A stretch of DNA of 64,000 nt from a bacterium HR35 (GCA_002898235.1 BEIL01000001.1:125041-189040), one strand, 5' to 3'. Numbered from the stretch's first letter, positions 1-10,460 are shown. The notes: generated by a model from the sequence alone, not told the origin. Program-made: numbers and translations.

Positions 1-566
1 TTTCTTGTTTTGATATCTTTCAGTTCAATTTTTAAATTTTCATCAAATTTTTCCAATTTACTTATTAATTCTTTGTAATTCTTTTCATAATAATCCTTAT
101 TTTTTTCATCGATTAAGATAAAAAAATCTAAAATATTTTTGGCTAATTTTTTATTTTCTTTTAACGAAAACCAAAAATGGGGGTCGGGATAAGAATCTTC
201 TTTAATTAAATCCAAGCCTTGAGTCATAACTTTAGTTTTTACTCCGGTTATTCTGGATGACCAAAAATCAATATCTAAACCAGTAATTAAAAGATAATCT
301 AATTGACTGATTTTTTTAAAAATTTCAGGATTAAGATCAAAATTATGAGGATCAGAACCAGCAGGTAAAATTAAAATGATATCATTTTTATTTCCACTAA
401 TTTGAGAAACAAAGTAATAAAGAGGATAGATAGTTGTTCCGATTTTAAATCCATTTTCCTTATAAAACTTTTTGGTTGGCTGATTGAAATTTTTAAAAGA
501 AAAAATGATGACTATTAAGAAAAAGAAAAAAAAGATTGATAATATTAAAAAGATTTTTTTTATCAT
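1..566 (-). CDS. Metal (Zn/Mn) ABC transporter substrate-binding protein, ZnuA/TroA family (5' part; the gene continues past the window edge)
   Basis: Manual minus-strand translation from ATG at 566-564 gives MIKKIFLILSIFFFF (signal/TM) ... YPLYYFVSQISGNKNDIILILPAGSDPHNFDLNP ... DPHFWFS. The DPH..D and DPHxW motifs are typical of the ZnuA/TroA family. Not in the ORF track because it is truncated by the window edge. Confidence 0.55.
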   Translation of the reverse strand, partial: MIKKIFLILSIFFFFFLIVIIFSFKNFNQPTKKFYKENGFKIGTTIYPLYYFVSQISGNKNDIILILPAGSDPHNFDLNPEIFKKISQLDYLLITGLDIDFWSSRITGVKTKVMTQGLDLIKEDSYPDPHFWFSLKENKKLAKNILDFFILIDEKNKDYYEKNYKELISKLEKFDENLKIELKDIKTR

Positions 567-1576
567 CTTTGTGGTTTTAAATATTTTTTAATATTTTCTA
601 AGTGTTCTTTGTAGGTTTTAGCATAGTAAGCATTGCCTTCTTTATCTGTTAAATAAAACCAATAATCTGTAGGCAAGGGATTTAAAATGGCTTTAATTGC
701 TAAAATACCTGGATTAGAAATTGGTTGGGGAGGTAAACCAAAGTTTTTATAGGTGTTGAATGGAGAAGTGGTATTTAAATCTTTTTTTGTTAATTCATAA
801 TCGCAAAAACGAAAACCACATTTTTCATAAACTAACGGAGCATCAGCTTCTAATTTCATTTTGTTAGCTAAGCGTTTAAGTAAAATTCCAGAAATAACAA
901 AAAAATCATTTTCCTTTTTTGCCTCTTTTTCGATAATTGAAGCTAAAATAAGTGTTTCATATGGGGGAAGAGAATCAACCTTTAGAATTTCAGGTAAGAG
1001 TTTTTTTTCAAAATTGGCTAAAATTTTGTTCAAAATTTGCTTTTCGTTATCTTCTTTGTAAAATTCATAAGTATCGGGCATTAAAAAGCCTTCTAAATTA
1101 ACAGTTGGTGGAAAATATTTTAAAATAATCGGCGAAGCATAATCTTTAAGTTTTTTACTACTCAATTCTAAATTAAAACCTTTAGTTTTTAAAATTTCTT
1201 CAATTTCTTTAACTGTTTTTCCTTCGGGAATAGTAATCTTAATTCCTTTACCGCCTTTTTCTAAAATTGTTAGGACATCTAAAATATTATTAAAGCCATA
1301 AAATTCATAATAACCAGCTTTAGGCTTAATTTTTTTAAGAACCATCAAAATTCGAAAATAAAAAGAAGATCTAATTATCCCTTCTCTTTCTAAAAACCAA
1401 CCAATATCACTTCCTTTCATTCCGGGTGAAATGTAAATCTTTTTAGGAGTACCTATAAAAACAGGATAAAAAATATTATAAAGAGTCAAAGAAAATATTA
1501 AAAGAAAAACAAAAATCAAAATAGCAAATGGGTAAATTTTAATTAATTTTTTATAAACTACTTCTTGCTCAACCAT
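563..1576 (-). CDS. mltG: Endolytic murein transglycosylase MltG (YceG family)
   Basis: N-terminal TM helix, YceG-like domain and the conserved C-terminal motif NTYKNFGLPPQPISNPG. Confidence 0.8.
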   Translation of the reverse strand: MVEQEVVYKKLIKIYPFAILIFVFLLIFSLTLYNIFYPVFIGTPKKIYISPGMKGSDIGWFLEREGIIRSSFYFRILMVLKKIKPKAGYYEFYGFNNILDVLTILEKGGKGIKITIPEGKTVKEIEEILKTKGFNLELSSKKLKDYASPIILKYFPPTVNLEGFLMPDTYEFYKEDNEKQILNKILANFEKKLLPEILKVDSLPPYETLILASIIEKEAKKENDFFVISGILLKRLANKMKLEADAPLVYEKCGFRFCDYELTKKDLNTTSPFNTYKNFGLPPQPISNPGILAIKAILNPLPTDYWFYLTDKEGNAYYAKTYKEHLENIKKYLKPQR

Positions 1577-2700
1577 TTTTTATAAAATTTCAAATTTTCG
1601 CCTTCAATGGTAACTCTTAAAACATTTTCAGTTGAAGATTTTCTTAAATGAAGCCAGCAATCTTCTTTAATCAAAAGATAACCATCAAATTTTTTTATTC
1701 TAAAACCAAATTTTTCTTTTAAATTATAAACTATTTTTTCCAGATTAATGTTCTTAAATTTTAAAGAAAATCTTTCTAATTTTAATTCGTTAAGCATTTT
1801 TAAAAATTCTTCAAAATTAATCATTTGAAAGAATTTTATTAAGGCCAAGTAGGGAGCTTCTGTTTTCAAATCTTTAAAAAAATAAAAATGTCCTGAAGGT
1901 TCAAAGGCTAAATCAAGTTTATATTTAAAAAATCCTTTTTTGAAAAAATAGTGACCGGTGGGTAAATAATAAATTTTTTTATTTGCTTTTTTCAATTCTT
2001 TCTCAAGTTTTTTAGAAAAATAAACAGGAACTCCGATTTTTTGATATTTTTTGTCTAAACTTAAAAAATAAAAAATTAAATCAAGAGGAATATTTTTCTT
2101 TTTATATTTAAAATAAAGACGGTCGCCATCTTGATCTGCTGAAACTGAAAAATCTGCTTGTTTATTATGAATAATTTTTAAAGAAGAAAAATAGGGTAAA
2201 GCAGTTTTCAAAAATTTATTCTTAAGATTAAATTTAACCAAAGTTTTTTTCTTTGATTTTACTTTTCTCTTTAAAGTTTCAAAATAAATCTTGTAAATTT
2301 TATTATTTATTTTTGGTTTTATTTTTTTAAAAAGATATTTTGAGTCATCTTTGTCTTCCTTTAACTTAGGAGGTTTCCAGGGATAGCCGTTTGGTAAAAT
2401 AAATTTGAAACCTACATAATCTTTAGGTAAATGAGAGGCGGTTATCATTATTCCTGGTTTTTTTTCTTTTAAACACCAAAAATAAAAAATGGGCGAGGGA
2501 AGAGCTTCAAGGTTTTTTAAAAAATTAAATTCTTTTAAAAGAAATTCTTTAATTATCAAGCTTTTTTCATTTAAATCATGACTAAGAAAAATTTCTTGTT
2601 TTTTAACTTTTCTTTTAAAAAGAAAAATTATTTTTTTAGTTATTTTAGGAGTAATGTCTTTATTAAAGATTCCTCTTAAATCGTAACTTAAAATAAGCAT
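1558..2700 (-). CDS. Phosphohexomutase (phosphoglucomutase/phosphomannomutase family), short lysine-rich variant
   Basis: Active-site serine loop GIMITASHLP (T-A-S-H-x-P) and metal-binding loop SADQDGDR are hallmarks of alpha-D-phosphohexomutases. The protein is only 380 aa and carries K-rich inserts. Confidence 0.65.
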   Translation of the reverse strand: MLILSYDLRGIFNKDITPKITKKIIFLFKRKVKKQEIFLSHDLNEKSLIIKEFLLKEFNFLKNLEALPSPIFYFWCLKEKKPGIMITASHLPKDYVGFKFILPNGYPWKPPKLKEDKDDSKYLFKKIKPKINNKIYKIYFETLKRKVKSKKKTLVKFNLKNKFLKTALPYFSSLKIIHNKQADFSVSADQDGDRLYFKYKKKNIPLDLIFYFLSLDKKYQKIGVPVYFSKKLEKELKKANKKIYYLPTGHYFFKKGFFKYKLDLAFEPSGHFYFFKDLKTEAPYLALIKFFQMINFEEFLKMLNELKLERFSLKFKNINLEKIVYNLKEKFGFRIKKFDGYLLIKEDCWLHLRKSSTENVLRVTIEGENLKFYKKWLSKK

Positions 2701-2737
2701 TTTTTAAATTTTACCATTTTTAAGCCAAATTTTATAA

Positions 2738-2748
2738 TGTGATATAAT
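2738..2748 (+). promoter_or_regulatory. Extended -10 promoter element (TGaTATAAT) about 10 nt upstream of the uvrB ATG; implies a leaderless or near-leaderless mRNA
   Basis: The sequence tgtgaTATAATtatagagtaATG shows a TG dinucleotide 1 nt before a perfect TATAAT, and no Shine-Dalgarno motif before the start. Confidence 0.35.
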
Positions 2749-2757
2749 TATAGAGTA

Positions 2758-4659
2758 ATGTTTAAATTAGTTTCTAACTTTAAACCAACAGGAGATCAGC
2801 CTCAAGCAATTAGAAAGTTAGTTGATGGTTTAAAAAGAGGTTATCGTTTTCAAACTTTACTTGGAGTAACAGGCAGTGGAAAAACATTTAGTATGGCGAA
2901 TGTTATTTATAAAACTCAGAGGCCAGCTTTAATTTTATCCCCTAATAAAATTTTAGCTGCTCAACTTTATCAAGAATTTCGTTCATTTTTCCCAGAAAAT
3001 GCTGTCCATTATTTTGTTAGTTATTACGATTATTACCAACCGGAAGCTTATCTTCCTGAAACTGATACTTTTATTGCTAAAGATGCCAGGATTAATGAAC
3101 TTTTAGATCAGTTAAGACATGCAGCTATTCAAAGCGTTTTAACAAGAAACGATTTTATAATTGTTTCTTCTGTTAGTTGTATTTATGGAATTGATGATCC
3201 TGAAAATTATAAAAACATTTGTTTAAATTTAGAAAAAGGTCAGCGAATAACAAAGAAGGAAATAATTGCTTATCTTAAAAGCCTTCAATATTCTAAAAAT
3301 CATTCTTTGATTGAAATTAAAGCTGGAAGCTATTTTATTGAAGAAAATAATATCTATGTTACTAATCCAGATGCCTCTTATCTTTTAGAGCTTAAATTAG
3401 AAAAAAATCAATTAATAAACATTAAAAGATATAATTTAAAAAAATCAAAAAATGACCTTTTAAAATTAGAAATTGATTTTAATTATGAAGAATTAGACAA
3501 AATTAAAATCTTTCCAGCTAAATTTTTTATTACTCCGAAAGAAAAATTAAATTTAGCTCTTCTCAATATTAGACAGGAATTAAAGGAAAGGTATTGGCAA
3601 CTTTTAAAAGAAGGAAAACTTGTTGAAGCCGAAAGACTCAAAAGAAGAACTTTGCTTGATTTAGCCCTTTTAGAAAAAAATGGGTATTGTCCAGGAATTG
3701 AAAATTATTCTCGACATCTTTCTTTTCGGCAACCAGGCCAACCGCCTTATACTTTATTAGATTATCTTCCTCCAGAAACAATTATTTTTATTGATGAATC
3801 TCATCTTTCTCTTCCTCAATTAAGAGCAATGTATCGAGGAGACAGAAGAAGGAAAGAGGTCTTGGTTGAGTATGGTTGGCGTTTACCTTCAGCTTTAGAT
3901 AATCGACCTTTAACTTTTGAAGAATTCTTTCAAAAAAATTTTCAAATAATTTTTGTTTCCGCCACTCCAGGAAAATTTGAAAGAAAAGTTTCGGCTCAAA
4001 TAGTAGAACAATTAATTAGACCAACAGGAATTCCTGATCCAGTAATTAGTATTAGACCAACTAAAAATCAAATCATTGATCTTCTTAAGGAGATTCAAAT
4101 TAGAAGAGAGAAAAATCAAAGAATTTTAGTCTTAACTTTAACAAAAAGAAGCGCCGAAAATTTAACAGAATTTTTACTTGCTCAAGGAATAAAAGCTCAT
4201 TATCTTCATTCAGAAATTAAAACATTAAAGCGAGCAGAAATTATTAAAAAATTAAGATTAGGAGAAATTGAAGTTTTAGTTGGCATTAATCTTTTAAGAG
4301 AGGGTTTAGATTTGCCCGAAGTTTCTTTAGTAGCTATTTTGGATGCTGACAAAGAAGGATTTTTAAGAAATACTACCACTTTAATCCAGGCAATAGGAAG
4401 AGCAGCTCGTCATCTCGAAGGCCAAGTAATTTTATATGCTGACAAAATAACAAAATCAATCAAAGAGACAATTGAAGAAACTGAAAGGAGAAGAAAATAC
4501 CAATTAGCTTTTAACAAAAAGTATAACATCGTTCCTCAACCAATTATTAAAGATATCTATCTAACTCCAGCAGAAATTTTAGGTAAAGTTAAAGAGGAAG
4601 AAATTGTTTATAAAGAAGATCTTGAATTGTTTATAAAAATTGAAGAAGATAGTTTATAA
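2758..4659 (+). CDS. uvrB: Excinuclease ABC subunit B (UvrB)
   Basis: N-terminus FKLVSNFKPTGDQPQAI...LLGVTGSGKTF, helicase motifs and the C-terminal UvrB/UvrC interaction region. At 633 aa the length is typical. Confidence 0.95.
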   Translation: MFKLVSNFKPTGDQPQAIRKLVDGLKRGYRFQTLLGVTGSGKTFSMANVIYKTQRPALILSPNKILAAQLYQEFRSFFPENAVHYFVSYYDYYQPEAYLPETDTFIAKDARINELLDQLRHAAIQSVLTRNDFIIVSSVSCIYGIDDPENYKNICLNLEKGQRITKKEIIAYLKSLQYSKNHSLIEIKAGSYFIEENNIYVTNPDASYLLELKLEKNQLINIKRYNLKKSKNDLLKLEIDFNYEELDKIKIFPAKFFITPKEKLNLALLNIRQELKERYWQLLKEGKLVEAERLKRRTLLDLALLEKNGYCPGIENYSRHLSFRQPGQPPYTLLDYLPPETIIFIDESHLSLPQLRAMYRGDRRRKEVLVEYGWRLPSALDNRPLTFEEFFQKNFQIIFVSATPGKFERKVSAQIVEQLIRPTGIPDPVISIRPTKNQIIDLLKEIQIRREKNQRILVLTLTKRSAENLTEFLLAQGIKAHYLHSEIKTLKRAEIIKKLRLGEIEVLVGINLLREGLDLPEVSLVAILDADKEGFLRNTTTLIQAIGRAARHLEGQVILYADKITKSIKETIEETERRRKYQLAFNKKYNIVPQPIIKDIYLTPAEILGKVKEEEIVYKEDLELFIKIEEDSL

Positions 4660-4667
4660 TTTTAGAA

Positions 4668-5183
4668 ATGGTTTTTAAAAGCAAGGAAAAAGAAAGTTTA
4701 ATGCTGACTTTGCTTTTATTTTTTCTTTTTTTAGGAATTTTAGGTTTAAATATCTTTGTAATAAAATTTGGAGAAAAAAAAATTATAAGCAAAATTGAAG
4801 AAATTAAAAAACTAGAAAGTCAATTGAAAAATATCGACAAGGAAAATCAAACTTTAAACTTAATTAGTCCGAGTTTAAAATTAATTGAAAATAATTTCGG
4901 CAAAGATCTAATTAGTTTAGCTTCTGATTTTAAACAAAGAGAAATTTGGCAAGTTGAAGAACTAAAAAATTTTATCCTGGAAAGAGCTAAAACTAAAAAT
5001 TGGCAAGTTGAAAAAGAAATGATTGATAATAATAAACTTCTTTATCTTAATTTAATTATTCCAGAAGCCGATTGGAATTCATTTCTTAATTTTTTGGAAA
5101 AGGAAATTCTTATTTTAAGATTAGTAAATTTAAAAGTCGAGAAAGTCGAAAATAATTTTCGGGTTAGTTTAATTTTTAAATGA
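4668..5183 (+). CDS. Hypothetical membrane-anchored coiled-coil protein
   Basis: N-terminal TM helix followed by a K/E-rich coiled-coil. No recognisable domain. Confidence 0.35.
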   Translation: MVFKSKEKESLMLTLLLFFLFLGILGLNIFVIKFGEKKIISKIEEIKKLESQLKNIDKENQTLNLISPSLKLIENNFGKDLISLASDFKQREIWQVEELKNFILERAKTKNWQVEKEMIDNNKLLYLNLIIPEADWNSFLNFLEKEILILRLVNLKVEKVENNFRVSLIFK

Positions 5184-5386
5184 AAAAAACAAGATTAGCT
5201 TATTTAATCACAAGTATTGTTATTTTTTTGTTGGTAATAGTTATTGAAGCAATTATAGGAATTCAAACTTTTTCAAAAATTTATTCAAAAATAGGTGAAG
5301 AATCAGTGGTTAGTCAATCTGGCAATCCCGAAGAAATTAAAAATAAAATAGAAAAAGTAATTGATGCGTTTAAGCCCGGAGATTAG
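5180..5386 (+). CDS. Small hypothetical membrane protein
   Basis: Single TM helix. Its start overlaps the upstream gene's stop by 4 bp. Confidence 0.3.
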   Translation: MKKTRLAYLITSIVIFLLVIVIEAIIGIQTFSKIYSKIGEESVVSQSGNPEEIKNKIEKVIDAFKPGD

Positions 5387-6629
5387 AATTTAAAATTTTT
5401 ATTCCTTTAACCAAAAACTTTCCGTCTTTTTGGATAAGTTTGCCATCTACCCAAACTTCACCACCGCCATATTTTTTAAGCATAGGAATAGTTATGTCCC
5501 AATGAATTTTACTTAAATTGCCATTAAATAAGTTAACTTTTTCTTTGCCATATTCTTTTAATTCATAGGCTTTACCTAAAGCAAAATGAAAGCTTCCTCC
5601 TACTTTTTCATTTAAAAGAGGGTCAAAAACTCTTCTTCTTATTCCTGGATTAGTGCCTAAAGCAATTTCTCCGAGATATTTAGCTCCTTCATCGGTTTCT
5701 AAAATTTCAATTAAATTTTTTTCGCCTTTCTTAGCTTGAGCTTCGACTACTTTTCCGTTTTCAAATCTTAAATAGATATCTTCCATATACTTGCCATTAT
5801 AAGAATAAACACCTTGAGCAAAAACTTGACCATTAACTGATTCTCTTTGGGGAGCACTAAAAATTTCTGATCCAGGATAATTATAGTCAATAGTTGAATT
5901 AGCAAAAGTCATCCCCTCGATCGACATTTCTAATTGAGTTTTCTTTTTAGGATCTTTTCCGTAAATATTAGCTTTAAGAACTAAAGTTTTTCCTTTATCT
6001 AAAATTTTTTTTATTAAAGAATTTTCTTTTTTAATCTTTTGCCAATTTTGAAAACAAGCTCGAAAATAAAGCTTAAGATAATCCTCAAATTTCATTTTTT
6101 CTATTTTAGCTTTAGCTTTTGTTGGCCAATAAATTAAACACCAGCGAGTATAATTAACTCTAAAATTCATTACTGCTGGTTCTTGAGCTTCATTAAAAAT
6201 TTTTAATTTTTCTCCTTCAATATTTTCAAAAACAAATTCATCTCGAGGGCATCTTATTAAAAATGTTACGTCGGCTTCAAAAAACTTAACATTATCGAAG
6301 GAATAAAAGCGAGCTATTTCTTTTTCCTTTGAATTTTTTAAAATCAAGGCATTTAAATCCATATCTCGAATAAGATAATAGACCCGAGCTCCTCTTTTAA
6401 GAGAATATTCAGCTAATTTCAAAGCTAATTGTTTTCCACCAATATCAAAAAAGATTAAAACATTTTCTTCAGGTTGCACTTTGGTTGATATCTCTACCAT
6501 ATCTCGAGCAATTTTCTCAATATACCTTTCTTCAAAATAGATTAATTCTTGGCTAATTCCGGTTATTAACCTCATTATTCTAATTTTATCAAAAAATTTG
6601 TTAAAATTATCTTCAATGGAAAATTTCAA
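5370..6629 (-). CDS. Aminopeptidase, M29 family (AmpS/PepS/aminopeptidase T-like)
   Basis: Conserved M29 blocks GEIALGTNPG, GGSFHFALG and KIHWDITIP. Confidence 0.75.
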   Translation of the reverse strand: MKFSIEDNFNKFFDKIRIMRLITGISQELIYFEERYIEKIARDMVEISTKVQPEENVLIFFDIGGKQLALKLAEYSLKRGARVYYLIRDMDLNALILKNSKEKEIARFYSFDNVKFFEADVTFLIRCPRDEFVFENIEGEKLKIFNEAQEPAVMNFRVNYTRWCLIYWPTKAKAKIEKMKFEDYLKLYFRACFQNWQKIKKENSLIKKILDKGKTLVLKANIYGKDPKKKTQLEMSIEGMTFANSTIDYNYPGSEIFSAPQRESVNGQVFAQGVYSYNGKYMEDIYLRFENGKVVEAQAKKGEKNLIEILETDEGAKYLGEIALGTNPGIRRRVFDPLLNEKVGGSFHFALGKAYELKEYGKEKVNLFNGNLSKIHWDITIPMLKKYGGGEVWVDGKLIQKDGKFLVKGIKILNSNLRA

Positions 6630-7923
6630 AGAAATCTTGAAAAAATATTTAAGTTTTAAAACTGTTTCTACAGATAAAAATTATCAAAAGGAAATTTTAG
6701 CTTGCGTTCAATTTCTTAAAGCTCTTTTAGAAAAAAATAAGTTTAAAACAAAAATAATTTCTAATTTTGGTAATCCTCTTGTTTTAGCTGAATTAAATAA
6801 TCAAGCAAAAGAAACTATTCTTATTTATGGACACTATGATGTTCAGCCAGCAGCTAAAGAAGATGGTTGGCGGAATGACCCTTTTTCTTTATTTGAAGAT
6901 AAAAATAAATTCTATGGTCGAGGGGTTGTCGATAATAAGGGACAAAATTTAATCCACCTTTATACTCTTTTTAAACTAAATCAAGAAAATAATTTGGGCT
7001 ATAACATTAAAGTTCTTTTAGAAGGAAATGAAGAAACAGGTTCAGAAAAATTAGAAAAATTTTTAAAAACTTATAAAAATTTATTAAAAGCTGATGCAAT
7101 TTTAATTTCTGATGGAGAAATAGTAGATCACTTGCCTATTATTGATGCTGGTTTTAGAGGAGTTATTAATTTAGAAATAACTTTTCAAACAGCTAAATAC
7201 GATTTTCATTCTGGACTCTATGGTGGAGTTATTCCTAATTCTTTACATGAAACAATTAAAATTTTAAACACTTTTTTTGATTCGACTGATAAAGTTTTAA
7301 TAAATGGTTTTTATAAAGGAATTGAACCGATTGATAAAAAGATAATCTTAAATAATAAAAAAATTCCCTTTGATGAAAATAAATTTAAAAAAACTTCAGG
7401 AATTAAAAAACTTTTTACTCAAGATTTAGATTTTTATACTAAAACAGGTTTGTGGGCTACTCTCCAATTAACTGGCTTAAGTGGAGGATATACTGGAGAA
7501 GGTTTTAGAAATTCTGTTCCAGCAAAAACAATAGTAAAAATAAATATTAGGTTTGTAGAAAATCAAAGCGTCAAAGAGATTATTAAGAGCCTTAAACAAC
7601 ATCTTAAAAAGGTAAGCCATTCTTACGTTAATTATGAAATAAAGGTAAAAGAGATTGCTCCAGCTGTTAAATTAGAATTAAACAATAAATATGTTCAAAA
7701 AGCTAAGGAGCTCTTAAAAATTGTTTTTAAGCAAGAGCCAGTTTTCAAATTTTCTGGAGGCGGTTTGCCAATTGTTGCTTATTTTAAAAAGATTTTGAAA
7801 ATTCCCCAAGTTTTGGTGCCTTTAGCCAATGAAGATTGTAATATGCATTCAGTTAATGAAAATTTTGATAAAAAACTGATTGAAAAAGGATTAAAATTTA
7901 GTTATCTTTATTTTAAAAAATAA
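6598..7923 (+). CDS. M20 family metallopeptidase (dipeptidase/ArgE/DapE-like)
   Basis: Metal-ligand motifs GHYDVQP and GRGVVDNKG with an M20 dimerisation-domain architecture. Confidence 0.75.
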   Translation: MLKLSSMENFKEILKKYLSFKTVSTDKNYQKEILACVQFLKALLEKNKFKTKIISNFGNPLVLAELNNQAKETILIYGHYDVQPAAKEDGWRNDPFSLFEDKNKFYGRGVVDNKGQNLIHLYTLFKLNQENNLGYNIKVLLEGNEETGSEKLEKFLKTYKNLLKADAILISDGEIVDHLPIIDAGFRGVINLEITFQTAKYDFHSGLYGGVIPNSLHETIKILNTFFDSTDKVLINGFYKGIEPIDKKIILNNKKIPFDENKFKKTSGIKKLFTQDLDFYTKTGLWATLQLTGLSGGYTGEGFRNSVPAKTIVKINIRFVENQSVKEIIKSLKQHLKKVSHSYVNYEIKVKEIAPAVKLELNNKYVQKAKELLKIVFKQEPVFKFSGGGLPIVAYFKKILKIPQVLVPLANEDCNMHSVNENFDKKLIEKGLKFSYLYFKK

Positions 7924-9005
7924 TGAAATTAAATGAATTAAGAAAAAAATGGCAAAGATTTGGAGATTGTTATTTATTGATTAAACCTGAATATTTAAAA
8001 ATAAATGATTTAAGATATTTAACTTCTTTTACTGGCTCAACAGGAATCTTTTTTCAAACAAAAGATAAAAACTATCTCTTAGTACCCGAAAGGGATTACG
8101 AAATGGCAAAAAAAATTAATTTAACTGAAATAGAGCTAAAAGTTGGGAACAAAGATACTTTCAAAAAATTTATAAAATCAATTATTAAAAAAGAAAAAAT
8201 TAAAAAAATAGTTACTGAAGGCTATTTATCTCGAACTTTAATCGAAAGATTAGAAAAATTATTAAAAACAAAAATTGTCTCAAAAGAAGGTTTAGTTAGT
8301 AGTTTGCGAATTCAGAAAACCGATTTTGAAATAGAAAAACTAAAAAAAGCTCAAGAAGTTACTGATAAAATTTTTGAAGAAATTTTAGATTTTATTAAAC
8401 CAGAAAAACATAAAGAAAAAGATATTGCTTTCAAAATTTATGAATTAGCTATCAGAAAATATAACTGTGAAGGTTTAAGTTTTGAACCGATTATAGCTTC
8501 TGGTGAGGGCTCGAGCATTCCTCATTACAAAACTTCTAACAAAATAATAGAAAACAATAAACCTCTTCTTTTAGATTTTGGCGTTATTCTTAATGGTTAT
8601 GTTTCGGATATGACAAGAACCATTTGGATTGGTAGTAAAGTCGATTTGGATTTTAAAAAAGCTTATCAAATTGTTTTAGAAGCTCAAAAAAGGGCTCTGG
8701 AAGCTTGTTTTTTCAAGAAAGAGAGAAGAGCTAAGGAAATAGATAAAGTTGCTAGAGATTATATTGAAAAAAATGGCTATAAAGGGAAATTTATTCATTC
8801 AACTGGTCATGGGATTGGGTTAGATATCCATGAAGCACCAACTATTTCTCCATTTTCAAAAGAAAAATTAAGAGGTAGAGAAGTAGTTACTATTGAGCCT
8901 GGTGTTTATTTAGAAGGAAAATGGGGTATAAGGATAGAAGATACAATTTTAGCAGGCGAAGGAGAAAACTTTACGAAATCAACAAAGAACTTAATTAAGT
9001 TATAA
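7923..9005 (+). CDS. pepP: Xaa-Pro aminopeptidase / M24 family peptidase
   Basis: M24 signature HSTGHGIGLDIHEAP, N-terminal creatinase-like domain and C-terminal E..IEPG.Y metal-ligand residues. Confidence 0.8.
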   Translation: MKLNELRKKWQRFGDCYLLIKPEYLKINDLRYLTSFTGSTGIFFQTKDKNYLLVPERDYEMAKKINLTEIELKVGNKDTFKKFIKSIIKKEKIKKIVTEGYLSRTLIERLEKLLKTKIVSKEGLVSSLRIQKTDFEIEKLKKAQEVTDKIFEEILDFIKPEKHKEKDIAFKIYELAIRKYNCEGLSFEPIIASGEGSSIPHYKTSNKIIENNKPLLLDFGVILNGYVSDMTRTIWIGSKVDLDFKKAYQIVLEAQKRALEACFFKKERRAKEIDKVARDYIEKNGYKGKFIHSTGHGIGLDIHEAPTISPFSKEKLRGREVVTIEPGVYLEGKWGIRIEDTILAGEGENFTKSTKNLIKL

Positions 9006-9014
9006 TAAATTTTA

Positions 9015-10460
9015 ATGAGTAAATTGGTTCCCAAAATAGGTTTAGAAATTCATCTCGAGCTTGGAACAAAAACAAAACTTTTTTGTTCTTGCAAAAATGA
9101 CCCTTCGGAAACTCAACCTAATAAAAATATTTGTGAAGTTTGTACTGGACAACCAGGAGTTTTGCCAGTCTTAAATAAACAAGCAGTAATTTATGCTGTT
9201 TCTTTAGCTAAAGCTTTGAATATGAAAATAAATTATCAGAGCATTTTTGTAAGAAAAAATTATTTCTATCCAGATTTACCTAAAAATTATCAGATCTCTC
9301 AATATGAAAACCCTTTAGCTGAAAAAGGATTTTTGGATATTTTAAGAAGCAATCTCGAAAAAAGGGTGAGAATCAGAAGACTTCAGTTAGAAGAAGACAC
9401 TGGTAGAAATATTCATCTAGGAAATCGTAGCCTGGTTGATTTTAATAGATCAGGGGTTCCTTTAATTGAAATTATTACTGAACCTGATTTAAACTCAGTT
9501 GAAGAAGTTGAAGCTTTTGCTGAAGAATTTGTTCTTTTAATAAAATACTTAGGTATTTCACCCCTGGAAGCTGAAAAAGGACAAATAAGATTTGAGGCTA
9601 ATGTTTCTTTGGGAGAAGGAGAACTTTTAGGCACAAAAGTAGAAATTAAAAACATTAATAAAATAAAATCTTTAGTTGAAGCTGTAAGTTATGAAATAAA
9701 AAGACAAGAAGAATTAATTAAAAAAGGAGAAAAAATAATTCAAGAAACAAGAGGTTATGATGAAAATAAAAAAATTACTTTTTCTCAGAGAACAAAAGAA
9801 GAAGCTGAAGATTACCGCTATTTTTTTGAACCAGATTTGCCTCCTTTGATAATTTCAGAAGAAATTGAAAAAGAGATGATTGTTATTGAAACTCCAGCAG
9901 AAATTAAAAAAAGATTTAAAGAAGAATATGGGATTGATTATAAGATTTCTCAGCTTTTAGTTAGAAATAAATTTTGGCCCCATTTTTTTGAAGAAACTTT
10001 ATCTGAACTTAGAAAATATTCAGCTAACTACGAGGAAGCTTTAAAACTTTTAATCAACTTTTTTCTTAATGATTTATTAGGCAATTTAGAAAAATATAAT
10101 TTAGAGCTTAGAGAAGATTTAATTTCGCCTCATGAATTTGCCCATTTACTTTTAAGTTATTCTCAGAAAAAAATTTCTTCGCGAGTAGTTAAAGAAGCAA
10201 TTGAACTTTCTCTTAAAGGAGAAATTAAAATTGAAGATTTTATTCGAGAAAAAGAGATAATTAGTGAAGCCGAAGTTTTGGATAAAATAATCAATGAAGT
10301 TATTGGAGAAAATAAAAAAAGTGTTCAAGATTATCTTCAAGGCGAAGAAAAAGCAATTGAATTTCTTATTGGGCAAGTAATGAAAAGGACAAAAGGAAAA
10401 GCTAATCCTGAAATAGTAAGAGAAATTATTAAAGATAAATTAAAAAATTATGCTTCCTAG
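9015..10460 (+). CDS. gatB: Asp-tRNA(Asn)/Glu-tRNA(Gln) amidotransferase subunit B
   Basis: N-terminus KIGLEIHLELGTKTKLFCSC with CxxC, the GatB/YqeY C-terminal domain, 481 aa. No gatA or gatC is adjacent. Confidence 0.95.
   Translation: MSKLVPKIGLEIHLELGTKTKLFCSCKNDPSETQPNKNICEVCTGQPGVLPVLNKQAVIYAVSLAKALNMKINYQSIFVRKNYFYPDLPKNYQISQYENPLAEKGFLDILRSNLEKRVRIRRLQLEEDTGRNIHLGNRSLVDFNRSGVPLIEIITEPDLNSVEEVEAFAEEFVLLIKYLGISPLEAEKGQIRFEANVSLGEGELLGTKVEIKNINKIKSLVEAVSYEIKRQEELIKKGEKIIQETRGYDENKKITFSQRTKEEAEDYRYFFEPDLPPLIISEEIEKEMIVIETPAEIKKRFKEEYGIDYKISQLLVRNKFWPHFFEETLSELRKYSANYEEALKLLINFFLNDLLGNLEKYNLELREDLISPHEFAHLLLSYSQKKISSRVVKEAIELSLKGEIKIEDFIREKEIISEAEVLDKIINEVIGENKKSVQDYLQGEEKAIEFLIGQVMKRTKGKANPEIVREIIKDKLKNYAS

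Noticed and set aside
9413-10376. Short antisense ORFs nested in gatB (9413-9655, 10152-10376). Similar nested ORFs occur in mltG (861-1061), gap (23350-23628), pilC (30856-31044), ctpA (45263-45568, 45749-45988) and the protease gene (58409-58663).
   Set aside because: Each is fully embedded in, and antisense or out of frame to, a well-supported conserved gene, and their translations are low-complexity. They are treated as spurious.
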